Shown here piece by piece: positions 1-11,357 of a stretch of 64,000 bases of DNA. The stretch comes from Eledone cirrhosa (taxonomy: Eukaryota). Made by a program: the position numbers and the translations under genes. The stretch covers positions 361,398,001-361,462,000 of the forward strand of contig OZ024741.1 in NCBI GenBank assembly GCA_964016885.1. The letters run 5' to 3'. A model generated the notes under the pieces. The model was not told where the DNA came from. It did not search any database and saw nothing but the letters and a program-made list of their open reading frames with translations. The number at the start of each line of letters is the position of its first letter. Position 1 is the first letter of the stretch.

Positions 1-861
1 CTCGTCTCCTGAATTTTTGGTGGTACCAACACATTCCTGGTGAATCCTGAGATGCGCTCGGACTTCTTGAGCGACCACCAAATCGGCGAGTTCGACTGTT
101 GGACCGACGCGTGGCAGGGGTGCCCAGTGACAAGGCCTTAATTTGTTGCGTCAAGGCCTGTATCTGTGTTGCTTGCTGTGCCAGTAACAGGTGTAGATCG
201 GGCATCTCTGTGGCACTGGAGGGCTGAAGGAAAGGATTGGTGGGAGGCACGGCTGGCGTCACATTCGCTAAAGTTGAGTGCGGATGTGGTACCTCCATGA
301 TCTTATCTGCCAGCTTGCGAGTTCTTCTATGGTGGTGAACTCCCTGGTGGATGTTAGTACAACTTGTGTGGCAGAAGGCAAACGATGGAGGAAGAGTTGC
401 TTGAAAATTTCATCCGGGAGTTTATGTTCTCCCAGGAGCTGCTTCATTCGTCGTAGGAGTTGCGTCGGCTTTTTATCTCCTAATTCCTCCGATATGAGGA
501 GCTGGTGCAAACGCTTCTGCTGCGACTCCGACGTCCTCTTAATTAATGTTCTTTTAAATGTCTCATATGACACAGAGCCGGGTGGTGCTAAAATGAGGTC
601 TCGAACCTCATTCATAATCTCCGGAGACATCAAACCGATGACATGTGTGAGACGGGATGCCTCGCTAACGATCCGGTTCGATGCGAACTGCGCTTCGATG
701 TGTGCGAACCACAGTGTTGGATCGTGAACCCAGAATGGTGGAATTCTTAATGTAAATGCCGCTCGGACTGCCATTTCTGCCATAGATGAATCGTTGTGTG
801 CTAGAGACATCGTTTGTAGTGGATGATCAGAAGGTTGTGAGTGTTTTACGAGTTCACCAAT
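1..861 (-). mobile_element. Ty3/Gypsy LTR retrotransposon internal region: PBS plus frameshifted gag (continues off window)
   Basis: ORF 268-810 has PPFW..DP.LWFAHIEAQF and LGDKKPTQLLRRM, typical of Gypsy gag. A frameshift near 315 restores LADKIMEV. CWYHQKF knuckle near 10-31. PBS-like TGGTGAACTC immediately follows the LTR end. Confidence 0.88.
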
Positions 862-1601
862 TGTAACGAAATTTTGTGTGGTTGTAACGATAAGTGGAGA
901 GAATGAATTGTTGGTATGATGGTTTCAATGTAAAGAATAATACCAGGATTGTGTTGTTACAAAGTTTATTTTATTATAACAATATTCAATTTGAATATTG
1001 AATGATAAAATCAATAACACGAAATATTCGTACAATAATTTGGTGGCTCTTCGAGCCACGTAAATACAAGTATCACAGAATACCATTATAATATAATTTG
1101 TACTGTATCTGAAAGATACAACGTGAATAAACAGAAATGGTGCGTGTGAAAATGCAAACAGTGTCAACTTACTATGAATGCGTGTGTACGTATCAGTATA
1201 TTTGCTTGTTTTAGTAGTAGTAGTAAGTGACCAGCCCAGCGGGTGAGAAATAAGTGACAGACTGGTTTTTCGTAATGAGAGCTTGTAAATGCGACTTGTC
1301 TTATCTGTATATCACTTCTTTTCTCCCGGGGCGTAAACAACCCCTGTATTTATAAGGGTTGAAGTTAGAAGGATAGATATATCCTCTGAACTTTGGTTAG
1401 AGTCTCCCAAGGGATTAGTTTGCCAAGCGTAAACAACTCAGAAAGATGGATATATCCTCTGACCTATTTTCTGTCAGGTGTAAACACCTCTGACCTGTGT
1501 TTAGCATCTCCCAAGGGGTTAGTCTCTTGAGCATAAACAACTTACCACGGCTTGTCCCAGAGGCGGGAAAGCTCAGATTCGGTTTTGAATCTTCGCCACC
1601 A
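862..1601 (-). mobile_element. Gypsy 5' LTR (approximate)
   Basis: On the minus strand it begins TGGTGGCGAA and ends TTCGTTACA (imperfect inverted termini). Repeated modules at 1330-1545, TATAAATA near 1350, AATAAA near 965. Confidence 0.65.
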
Positions 1602-1882
1602 GTAATGTAATAATAGTAATATAATAATACAAGAGAGAGTTCTTCAATTCTATTGTTATGGAATTAAAGGAGTGTCAGTTTTAGCTTTTTAGAAACTAGA
1701 ACTAAATAGGTTTAATTAGATTTAAAGAAATATTTCATTTTTGAATATATATATATATAACTGTGTAGCCTATTTGTCCATCTGTTACACAAATGTTATG
1801 CTGTCAAAAACATTCTAAAATTCTATGTAGAATTCATAAAACACAATTACAAAACAAAGACGTTGGGAGAGTGTTGTAAAAT

Positions 1883-1953
<71 letters not shown>

Positions 1954-2122
1954 TTAAATTTGGTGATTTACCAGTGGTTAGAATTGGTCATTCTCCAATG
2001 TTAATCATGACGTAATACGAGAAAAGCACTCAACTTTATGTAACTCATCCACCTTCGATGTTGAATCAGGAACTGATTCAATTAAGAAGATTCAACATAT
2101 TTGGCCTCCTGTCATTTCACTT

Positions 2123-2185
<63 letters not shown>

Positions 2186-2190
<5 letters not shown>

Positions 2191-2291
2191 GTGGTTACAC
2201 AACAGTTAGTTCACCATACTGAGCTGAAGATCCGCAAAGGTGAAACAATTGTTCTCGGTATGGTGAACTAACTGTTGTGTAACCACTTCTA
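2186..2291 (+). ncRNA. Minimal type I hammerhead ribozyme fold with 38-bp stem I (Penelope-like/retrozyme remnant)
   Basis: 2186-2223 pairs with 2254-2291 (one G.U). CUGAAGA at 2224-2230, short stem II, GAAA at 2242-2245, palindromic CAAUUG stem III/loop, GUU triplet ending at 2253. Confidence 0.72.
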
Positions 2292-2403
2292 CCTAACTCG
2301 TCCCATGGACTGAGTACTCTACCACTACGGATATTACCTTCCAGTGTTCCACCACTATATATATATATATATATATTTATTTATCTCTATATATATATCC
2401 CAT

Positions 2404-2535
<132 letters not shown>

Positions 2536-2789
2536 CATATGTATGTATATATATAGGTTTTTCCTGATGATAACTAAACTATAACTAAACTATCAGATAT
2601 AGATAACTAAGCTATGAGATATACAATGTCTATGTCCTACGCTGGTTAGTAACATACATTTGTTTTAAAAACTTATTTATATAATGTATTTCGGCTCTGT
2701 ACATTACATAGAGTGCTTTTTTTCCTTGATCCATTCTTTGGAAACATTTGGGATTCTGTATATATGTGTGTATCTTAAAGTAAACCTGA

Positions 2790-3986
2790 CAAAGACTAAA
2801 GTAAGTAGAAGAGCCCTGATCTCCTTAGGGAAATGCCCTTGCTCAGTGTGCAGGAAAAGTATAGGTAGAAATTCCATCTTCTATTCCAAATGCAAACAAG
2901 AGATGTAGTGGGATCTCAGGTAAGTTAGCTAAGAATGTAGGTTTTACATGTGGTGTTGTAGAGGAGTAGTAAACAGCAATCACCCGAAACAAACTCTATC
3001 AAATTTTTGGAGGGTTCCATAGAAACAGTAGTCAACTTCTGCTATCTGGGTGATCAAATTAACAGTGGAGTTGGGTGTTCCGAAAGTACAGTAGCCAGTG
3101 TGAGAACGGGATGGAAAAAGTTCAGGGAGCCATTACTACTACTAGCTACTAATGGTTTTTCTCTCAAAATGAAGAGCAGATTGTATAATGCCTGTATACA
3201 AACTGCAATATTGCATGGAAGCAAGGCCTGGGTGCTGTGTGCAGGCAGAGGAGCTGCAAAGATTGGAAAGAAATGAAGCTTGCATGCTTTGATGTATGTG
3301 TAATAGTAATATACATGAATGGCAAAACGTAAATGAAATGAGAGAGAAACTGGGCATAAGAGAGATCAGATGCAGTATGCAAGAGAGAGTATTGCATTGG
3401 TATGGACATGTGATGCATATGAAGGATGACAGCTGTATAGAAAGGTGCAGGGCACTCAAAGCTATGGAGTAGAAAGATCTGAGATGAGGTGATAAAAGCT
3501 GACCTTGCACAATTGCACTTCTCAAAGGCAATGGGACAGGGTCAAGACCTCTGGTGTTATGCATTAATACAGAACACGTCTTCCCCCGTGCATAGGTTGA
3601 AACATACATCTAGTATGCACCTTCACCTCCCATGTCCTAAGACCTCACCAACACCCTAACACCCCACATACCACCCACATCCCTAGATATACCTTCCCAA
3701 TGCCCACCAAAGTCCCCAGCCACACTGTAAAGTAGTCGTTTAGGTGCCACAACAAAAAGCACCCAACCCAAACTGTAAAGGGATTGTGTAGGCATCATGG
3801 CAAAAAGTGCCCAGCCCACACTGTAAAGTGATCATGTAGGTGTCCCTTCAAAAAGCACCTGGTACACACTGTAAATGTGGTTTGTGTTAGGAAGGGCCTC
3901 CAAATGTAGAAACTAAGCCAGAATCAGTTCTGTATGAGCAAGACACAGTCACTTGATCTGACTTGTCTCACAACAGGACAACTCGA
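2790..3986 (+). mobile_element. Decayed RTE-clade LINE 3' fragment plus tail (tail resumes at about 7849-7902)
   Basis: FCYLGDQINSGVGCSES..RTGWKKFRE, RLYNACIQTAILHGS, WYGHV motifs with stops and frameshifts. The tail is interrupted by the CRE insertion. Confidence 0.85.
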
Positions 3987-6900
3987 ATATAATTCATTAG
4001 AAGAGAAAAGCAATGAAGAATGACACGATGCTGAACGAAAACAAAAGCGATATATACAAACACACACACGCCGACCACAACTAAATATGGAATGATACGC
4101 GATGGGGCTCCGCCACAGCCCCGGTGGTCAGAATGGAGAAAGCGTTTCCCTGGAGAACAGCAAGGGAGACACGCTGGAAAAGCCACTCCAACTCACAGGG
4201 CTCACACCTGCAGCTGACTAACTCAGTGCCTATGGTGGTGAGTAGGGAGGTAGCCCTAGGGCCGAGGACACCAGAAGTCTCCACTGCCAGAGGTATGACC
4301 GCAAACCTGTCAGAGAGCGACCGGTATTTGAGGACTTTAGCCTCCTCAGCCTGACGTGCAACAGAACCTGGGTTAGTCGCAGACTGCACCAGGTTGCGGC
4401 TGCAGAAAGTGTCGGTGCAGGCGGCATCCCAGACGAGAGGTTTACCACTGCGGAACGGGAAGATGGTCATGCCATCTGGCCTTTTGTCGTCCCCTCGGTC
4501 CAGCCCCACCGTCTCGAGCTGGGAAGAGAAGCCTGCAGCGTCCAAGCCATGCTTTATGACCTCGTTGAGGGCAGCATGGCGTGGAAGGCGGCCGGCACTG
4601 TGGCGACAGGAAAGCGGGTGGAGGCCGAAAGGGCCCATAGTGGATCCGCAGTGACATTGGTGTGGCTGGCAGATCCGGAGACCGAGCCTCAGGGAAACGC
4701 CAATGCGCAGGCTATTGTTATCTAGCTGCGTGCCAGTGGAGAAGGAGGGCAGGCCAGGAAGCCAGGCACCACTGTGGAGTTTGGAGGCCGCACGAAAACA
4801 GGCAAGGCAGTGCTGGTCGAACTGGCGCATAAGCCTGTCTGAGGCCAGACTGCACTAGATGGCATCCCAAGTGCTTTGGGGGGACTTGACGTCAACAGGG
4901 GGAGAAGGAGGAAGGATGTCTACTGGGCTAAGTCCCAGCCGGTCCCACGTTTCACAGGCGGCCTCACTTTCTCTGAACACAGAGGGTTCTATTGTGTTTT
5001 GGAGAACCCCGCTGACGAGGACGTGGCACAAGGTTACCGATGAAAGATACGCCGGCAAAGCCAGTGAGATCGGGGACCGGAGGCCAAGGCTGCCATACCT
5101 GACAGGTAAAGTGGCCTGTTGCCATCCAATGTCATCAAACTTGACGTTGCATATCTCCTCAGCTGCCGATCAGATACAGGTATTGAGCTCAGTGAGGAGA
5201 GATGTGCGAGTGTAGCACGGAGTGCTGTGAAGGGTATAGAGGAGCTTCGGCATGGCGAAGCAGTTCCTCAACAGAAAGAGGGCTGGGTGGCCGTCGATCA
5301 AGCCCAGTCGGCTCGTGAGAGTCTGGAGTTGTTGGAGCCTGGACCTGATGGTGGAGTGGATGGCCGGCGGGTGGATCAGTGACCCGAGGATGAGGACATC
5401 CTCTTCAGGGGTCACCTGTACCTGGTGGAGAATGGACCACACATCCAAGACAGAGGCTGCAAAGCTCTCAGCATCGTGGCTCACGTTCACCACCTCCGAC
5501 TTAGCTGAGTTGACCTGGAGGCCGATTCCTGCCAGGGCAGGAACCACCTATTGTGGGTCATGGCAGACAGTCTGTACGGGCCCGCCCAACATAGCAACAT
5601 CCAGATACCAAACATTGAGAGGTGCTGTGATACTCCGGGCGATGTGGTCTATACCAAGGGCAAACAGGAGGGGTCCCAAAGGGTCGCCCTGCTGGACCCC
5701 AGTGGCCGAGGGTATAACCGTATCAGCAGCAAAGAGCATGCTCGGGGCTCCATATGACAGGTAGGCCAGCGGGTAGGCAGAAGGGGCTTGGCTGAGGCAG
5801 GCTTCGAGCTGATGGTCCCAGTGTAAGCAGTTGAAGGCATTCCTCATGTCAAGCTTCACAATGAGGTGCCTGGAGTCCCTGGGTGCCGGTTCCAGTGGGC
5901 AGCTGTTGAAGAACTGCCTGGTTGCATGTGTGGCCCCCTCATAGCGACATGCCGACACCCAGTTGCACCGGACTGAACTCCTCACCAAGTTCGGGTGTTA
6001 TGGACCTGCAGACCACCTTGGCAGCCAGCCTCCGGAAGACATTGCCCACGGTGATGGGGTGTATGCCACCATCTTTCTTCCTAAGAGTGGTGAGGTTGGC
6101 CAAAAAAAAGAGGCCTCAGCTGTGAGGATCCAGGGTGCCATAGATGACCCTATTCGTGAGCACCACAATTGCACTCAGAAGGCGGCACCCGACCTCAGCA
6201 AAGAGGGGATTAGGAGCTCCTTGAGGTGGTCTGGTCTGAGACCATCAACACCTCCGCTGCTGCCAGCTGGGAAGGACTTGATGGCGGACATGATGTCTGC
6301 ATCAGAAGCCACAAGGAGCAAGTGGGGGTCGGGTGGAGGTATGGGTCTGAGATCAGTGGGTGGCTCAGGGTGCATAAGTCACAGGGCAGCCAGGACCTCC
6401 TCGGTGGGCTAGAGGACAGTGTCCTCTGAGGCAACCACTCTGACTGCGGCCGAGACATCACCCATGATTAATTTAGCATTTACGTGGTTGCGCAAATGCT
6501 TAGCGCTGGCCTCAGGGGTGGAGGATTGGGGGTACCCGAGGGTGGGGTGTGTGGCGTCCCTGGGCATGCTTGGAATGGGCGCTTGCCCAAAGGACAAAAC
6601 ATTGGCCTTGACGAAGGCTGCTGTCGACCGGCTGCCCCGGTCAGCGCCAGAGCTGGGGAGGCCGAGGGGTCGATTGGAGTCCAGGGTGCTCTCAATCGAG
6701 GAGGTGAGGGCATCGGCTATTGGCACCTTGCCGCTCTAGGGATCCTGAGTGTTATCTTCCGGAGCTGCATGAGCCGAGCGATGTTGACCAGCGAGACTTG
6801 GACGTCAGGCAAGCTCACTGTCTCATCTGGTGGTGTGCCAGACGGCCATGGCTGGGCAGACGAGGGGAAGAGGCAGTTCCTGCATCTCCATGCTGCGAGG

Positions 6901-7848
6901 GCACTGGAGGCTCGACGTGTCAGGCCAACACAGGTGAGGTGGTGAAAGCAGCCGCACCCCGAATAGTTCCGGCCCCTCTTCCATCTGTTAGTGGTGCTGC
7001 AGGTGTCGGCTTGAGGGGATGGGGGATGGGGCCAGGGGCCAGGGACTGGAGCACCGTGTGGCATCAGGGGTGAGTGGCTGGCGTGTGTGGGTAGAAGGGA
7101 AAGTGCTGGTAAGAGAGCCTCATAGTTCACCTACATCAGATATAGAGGCGTCAGAAGACAAGGGAGAAAAGAAGGGGAGCATGGAGAGGGACACACAAGA
7201 AGGTAGAGTGTTAGCAAATAAATAAATGAATGAATGGATGAATGTACAAAAGAAAAAAAAAGGGGGGGGGGAACAGGGGGTTCAACTGACGACTTATGAA
7301 AGAGTGAGTTTGTGTAAATTAAATGGTACGACGGTTCAGTTATATTCAAATATTGTAAGCACGTCCATTGAAAATATCGTTGAGATGTATGCGAAAATGT
7401 AAACAAATATTTATATCCCAGTCAGAAATATTAATTTCCACTTCTATATACTCTTTGGAGGAGGGCATCCCGTCCCAGGAAAAAGCTCCGCGAGATGGGC
7501 ACTACACACTGTGTCCCTCAGCAATGCCATCAACATCTTGTCTGTGGAATTGGTAGAGTGGTGAGAAAATAAACTTTCTCTCAATTGATTTCTTTAAGGT
7601 TTCAGCAGTTATTTTACATGTTTGTACCGAGAGATTTGGTATTTGTCAATATTGTTGATATAGTTGTTATTGCTTAGTTTTTTCTATTTAGGAAACCGAA
7701 TGATTCTCGGCTTCAGAGTTAAGAATAATGTAAATAAATTACAGAGGTTATTGAAATCATCCTTTTCATTTGGTCTTATGCGACTTATCTTCGTGATATA
7801 GATATATTGTTTGTGAAACAATTGTAACCAGGATTGATCAATACATTT
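3987..7848 (-). mobile_element. Near full-length, decayed CRE-clade non-LTR retrotransposon (PHD-like finger, RT, restriction-like endonuclease)
   Basis: GC-rich block. RT motifs KLDMRNAFN, GVQQGDPLGPLLF, WYLDV. RLE motifs CHCG..HPLSC, RHAALNEVIK, RPDG, WD..CTD. N-terminal HLTC...WRCRNC. Multiple stops and frameshifts. Limits inferred from the interrupted host tail. Confidence 0.85.
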
Positions 7849-7931
7849 CTTAACCCATGCTAGCATGGAAAAATGGACGTTAAATGGTGATGATGATGAT
7901 GATATGCAGATATATACATATTATAAATGCA

Positions 7932-8123
7932 AATAATTGTTTCTACTTTTGGCACAAGGCCAGCAATTAACGAGTGTATTACTGGTACTTTATTTTATTG
8001 ACCCCATAAGGATGAAAGGCAAAATTAACTCGGCGGGATTTGATCTCAGACCATAAAGGGCCGTAACTCTATGCGTCAAAGCATGGCGTCCGACCCTCTA
8101 CCGATACTGCCAATCCACCGCCC
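7932..8123 (-). mobile_element. tRNA-derived SINE family A
   Basis: Reverse complement of the 11168-11357 copy. Confidence 0.85.
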
Positions 8124-8301
8124 CAAATAATGAATCAAAACATATCAAATATGTTTAGAATTTTGTGTTTCTCAATAAGTAAGCTCAATAAACTTTATCT
8201 AGAACCATAATAACCAAATAAAGAGATATATGGCGATATATGGCTCTTTCTCTCTATATATACATTTATCTCTTTATTTGGTTATATATTTTATATATAT
8301 A

Positions 8302-9107
8302 CTAGCAGCAGGATCCAGCGTTGCACAGGGTAGAAAACGTGAAATAGCAACACGCATATGCAAAGATTGAGGAATGTAGCTGTGTACTTTTTGAATTCCC
8401 TTATTCTCAGGGAATGATTTACACAGCAACAAAAGTGTGACAAAAGGGATCACCATGGAATTAGCACAATCACTGTTCGGCGTACTTGCGCAGAGCGTTC
8501 ATACTGCAGTGTAGGTGCAATAAAAGGGGTCTTAGTAGAAGTAGCACAGACGTGAGTTTTACGGTGTCAATAACACGGGGCCCGGATTTGCGCGTGATGA
8601 AAGCCCGAATCATCAACAGGGCGGCGACAAAATTTTTAAGGTCCTCCTCATTTCCTCAATCCCCCGAAAATGGTCCTGCTTAAAAGTAAGTGTTGCGTCC
8701 TCTGTTAAATAAACCAAATTTTTAACGAAATATTATACGCTACTTACAATGTTTAAGTAGCGTTTATATTGAAAATGAAAATGGCATATAATGCCCAATG
8801 CTAATTCGTAAATTTTCTAGAAACCATTAATGAAATCAGGAAATTTTTTTTGTCCACAGCAATGCGAGGGGACTAACTAATGTGTGCTGCAAATTTCGAG
8901 GAAATCGGCTGGATTATCTTTAAGTTATGCCTCAAAAATGCCTTTAAAATGCAGTTTTTCGCCTAATGCGTCAGAAAAAGTTAAAATTTTAGCCCATTGC
9001 ACTTCAAGAAATATAAGTAACGCATGTGTAAAGTTTGAAAAAAATCGGTCGGGTACTTCTCGACTGTTAGGGATTTACACAGACAGACATCCTCTGTTAT
9101 ATATAGA
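8302..9107 (-). mobile_element. Non-autonomous Helitron-like element
   Basis: Minus strand starts TCTATATATAACAG...TGTCTGTCTG and ends with a GC-rich subterminal hairpin plus CTAG; inserted between A and T without TSD. Confidence 0.7.
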
Positions 9108-9165
9108 TACTTATATATATTATTCAAAATATTAATAAAGGAAAAATATTCTCATAATCAAAATA

Positions 9166-9232
9166 TATATTTTATTATACATATTTCAAAGGTACAATGG
9201 TGCTTAAGTACGTTTTCATCAGATAAAATATA
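9166..9232 (-). ncRNA. Minimal type I hammerhead ribozyme fold
   Basis: Minus strand: UAUAUUUUAU-CUGAUGA-AAACGUAC(loop)GUACCUUU-GAAA-UAUGUA-UA-AUAAAAUAUA; 10-bp stem I, 7/8-bp stem II, AUA cleavage triplet. Confidence 0.72.
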
Positions 9233-9391
9233 AGATTTTATATGCGACATACCGCTACGGTTTTGATTATTCAATTCCAGTATTGGTAGTGATTTATTTC
9301 ACCAACCCTTAACGTTTTTACACCACAAATAATATGATAAACTTAGAGAAGAAGAGGACGTAGAGCAAGGTAGAGCGATATATATATATAT

Positions 9392-9614
9392 GGTGAAGGC
9401 ATGTGGTTGAGTGGTTAGAGAATTGGATTCGCAATCGTAAGGTTGTGAGTTCGATTCCTGGACCAGGCGATGCGTTATATCCTTGAGCAAGACACTTTAT
9501 TTCACGTTGCTCCTTCTACTTGGAGTTGCAACTGATAGATAGTATTAGCAATTGGAAAGACCAACGGAAACATTCTTTCCTGGGTCCGATTTGACAAAAG
9601 TCGATCGTTCGTTC

Positions 9615-9620
<6 letters not shown>
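9392..9620 (+). mobile_element. tRNA-derived SINE family B (second copy about 33508-33729)
   Basis: tggttgagtggttagag...gagttcgattcc head followed by cttgagcaagacactttatttcac core. Confidence 0.8.
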
Positions 9621-9657
<37 letters not shown>

Positions 9658-9659
<2 letters not shown>

Positions 9660-10768
9660 ATGTAGTGGGATCACAGGTAAGCTAACTAAGAACATAGATT
9701 TTACATGTGGCCGGTGCTCTGGTGCAATAAGTAGCAGCAAGTGCCCACAAAATACTAGCTCTTTCAATTGCGCAGAGGGTTCTATAGAAATAGTGGACAG
9801 CTTCCGTTACCTGGGTGACAAAATTAGCAGTGGGGGAGGGTGCTCTGAAAGTACAGTAGCTAGAGTCAGAACTGGATGGAAAAAGTTCAGAGAGCTTATA
9901 CCACTATAAGCCGCTAAAGGGTTCTCTCTAAAAATGAAAGGCAGGTTGTATAATGCCTGCATACAAACAGCAATGTTGCATGGCAGTGAGACCTGGGCAT
10001 TGTGTGCAGAGGATATACGCAGACTAGAGAGGAACGAAGCTTGCATGCTCCGCTGGATGTGTAATAGTAATATACGTGAACGGCAAAGCATAAACGAACT
10101 AAGGAAAAAATTAGAAATAAGAGGGATCAGATGTTGTTTACTCGAGAGAAGGCTACGTTGGTATGGTCACGTGATGCGCATGAAAGACGACAGCTGTATA
10201 ACAAACTGCAGGGCAATAAAGATAGACGGTAGCCACGGAGTAGGCAGACCCAGAAAAACCTGGGACGAGCTGATAAATTCCGACCTCACACACTTACACC
10301 TCTCCAAGACAATGTCACTGGACCGAGACCTTTGGCGGTACTCAGTAATAGAGAAGACCCGCCTTACCTAAATACAAAGTAAAACCTACTACAGTCAGTA
10401 GGCATCTCTAACAAAATACACCCCCGTCCCACCTCCCCCACCCATCCACACCGCCCCTTTCAATGTAAAATTATGTTGGTGCCACAACATCCAGGCCGAA
10501 ACAAATGAGATCGTGTAGGTGTCACAACAAAAAAACACACAGTCCACGCTGTAATGTGGCCGTGTAGGCAACATGGTAAAAACCTCCCAGCCCCACACTG
10601 TAAATGTGGTTGGTGTTAGGAAGGGCATCCAGCTGTAGAAAACCCGCCAGACAGTCCTATGCGAGCAAGACAACCACTCTTGCCTCAAGTGGGAAAACTC
10701 CCGTCCAAACCCATGCAAGCGTGGAACATGGACGTTAAACGATGATGATGATGATGATGATGATGATA
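9658..10768 (+). mobile_element. RTE-clade LINE 3' fragment with (GAT)n tail
   Basis: ORF 9934-10371 RLYNACIQTAMLHGSETW...RLRWYGHVMRM...GRPRKTW; 3' UTR ends ggacgttaaac(gat)n. Confidence 0.9.
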
Positions 10769-10807
10769 TATATATATATATATTTTTTTTTTTAATACAT
10801 ATATAAC

Positions 10808-10998
10808 AATAATTGTTTCTACTTTAGGCACGAGGCCAGCAAATTACCCAGTGCATTACTGGTACTTTATTTTATCGACCCCGTAAGGATGAAAGGCAAA
10901 GTCAACCTCGGCGGGATTTGAACTCAGATCATAAAAGGACGTAACTATGCTGGAAAGCATGGCGTCCGACCCTCTACCGATACTGCCAATCCACCGCC
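10808..10998 (-). mobile_element. tRNA-derived SINE family A (young, TSD tacatatataacaataat)
   Basis: Near-identical reverse copy of 11168-11357 with flanking direct repeat. Confidence 0.9.
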
Positions 10999-11167
10999 CT
11001 ATACATATATAACAATAATGATATGATGGTAGATAGATAACACATTACATATTATTATTTTTCTCTATGGCATGGTAGATTAAATAGTAGAGGTAACTGG
11101 TTATATATAACTATTCTTAGGTAGAAGTTGCATTATTATTCGTATTATTAACATTATCTATTAACAA

Positions 11168-11357
11168 GGCGGTGGATTGGCAGTATCGGTAGAGGGTCGG
11201 ACGCCATGCTTTCCAGCATAGTTACGTCCCTTTACGATCTGAGTTCAAATCCCGCCGAGGTTGACTTTGCCTTTCATCCTTACGGGGTCGATAAAATAAA
11301 GTGCCAGTAATGCACTGGGTAATTGCTGGCCTTGTGCCTAAAGTAGAAACAATTATT
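11168..11357 (+). mobile_element. tRNA-derived SINE family A (other copies about 12035-12217, 12849-13028, 23125-23335, 26146-26340, 29083-29203, 30776-30870, 61800-61972)
   Basis: A-box-like TGGCAGTATCGG, B-box GAGTTCAAATCC, core ctttgcctttcatcc..ggggtcgataaaataaagtaccag, (ATT) tail. Confidence 0.9.

Noticed and set aside
862-1789. Longer LTR ending at tgttaca (1789)
   Set aside because: 1602-1700 belongs to a different repeat also present at 11941-12026, so the 1601 boundary is preferred
7440-7560. HDV-like ribozyme upstream of the CRE ORF
   Set aside because: GC-rich with an L3-like word, but P1 and P2 pairings could not be completed by eye
9392-9470. tRNA genes at SINE heads (also 11168, 33147, 35579)
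   Set aside because: A/B-box-like heads run into SINE cores and tails; no complete cloverleaf
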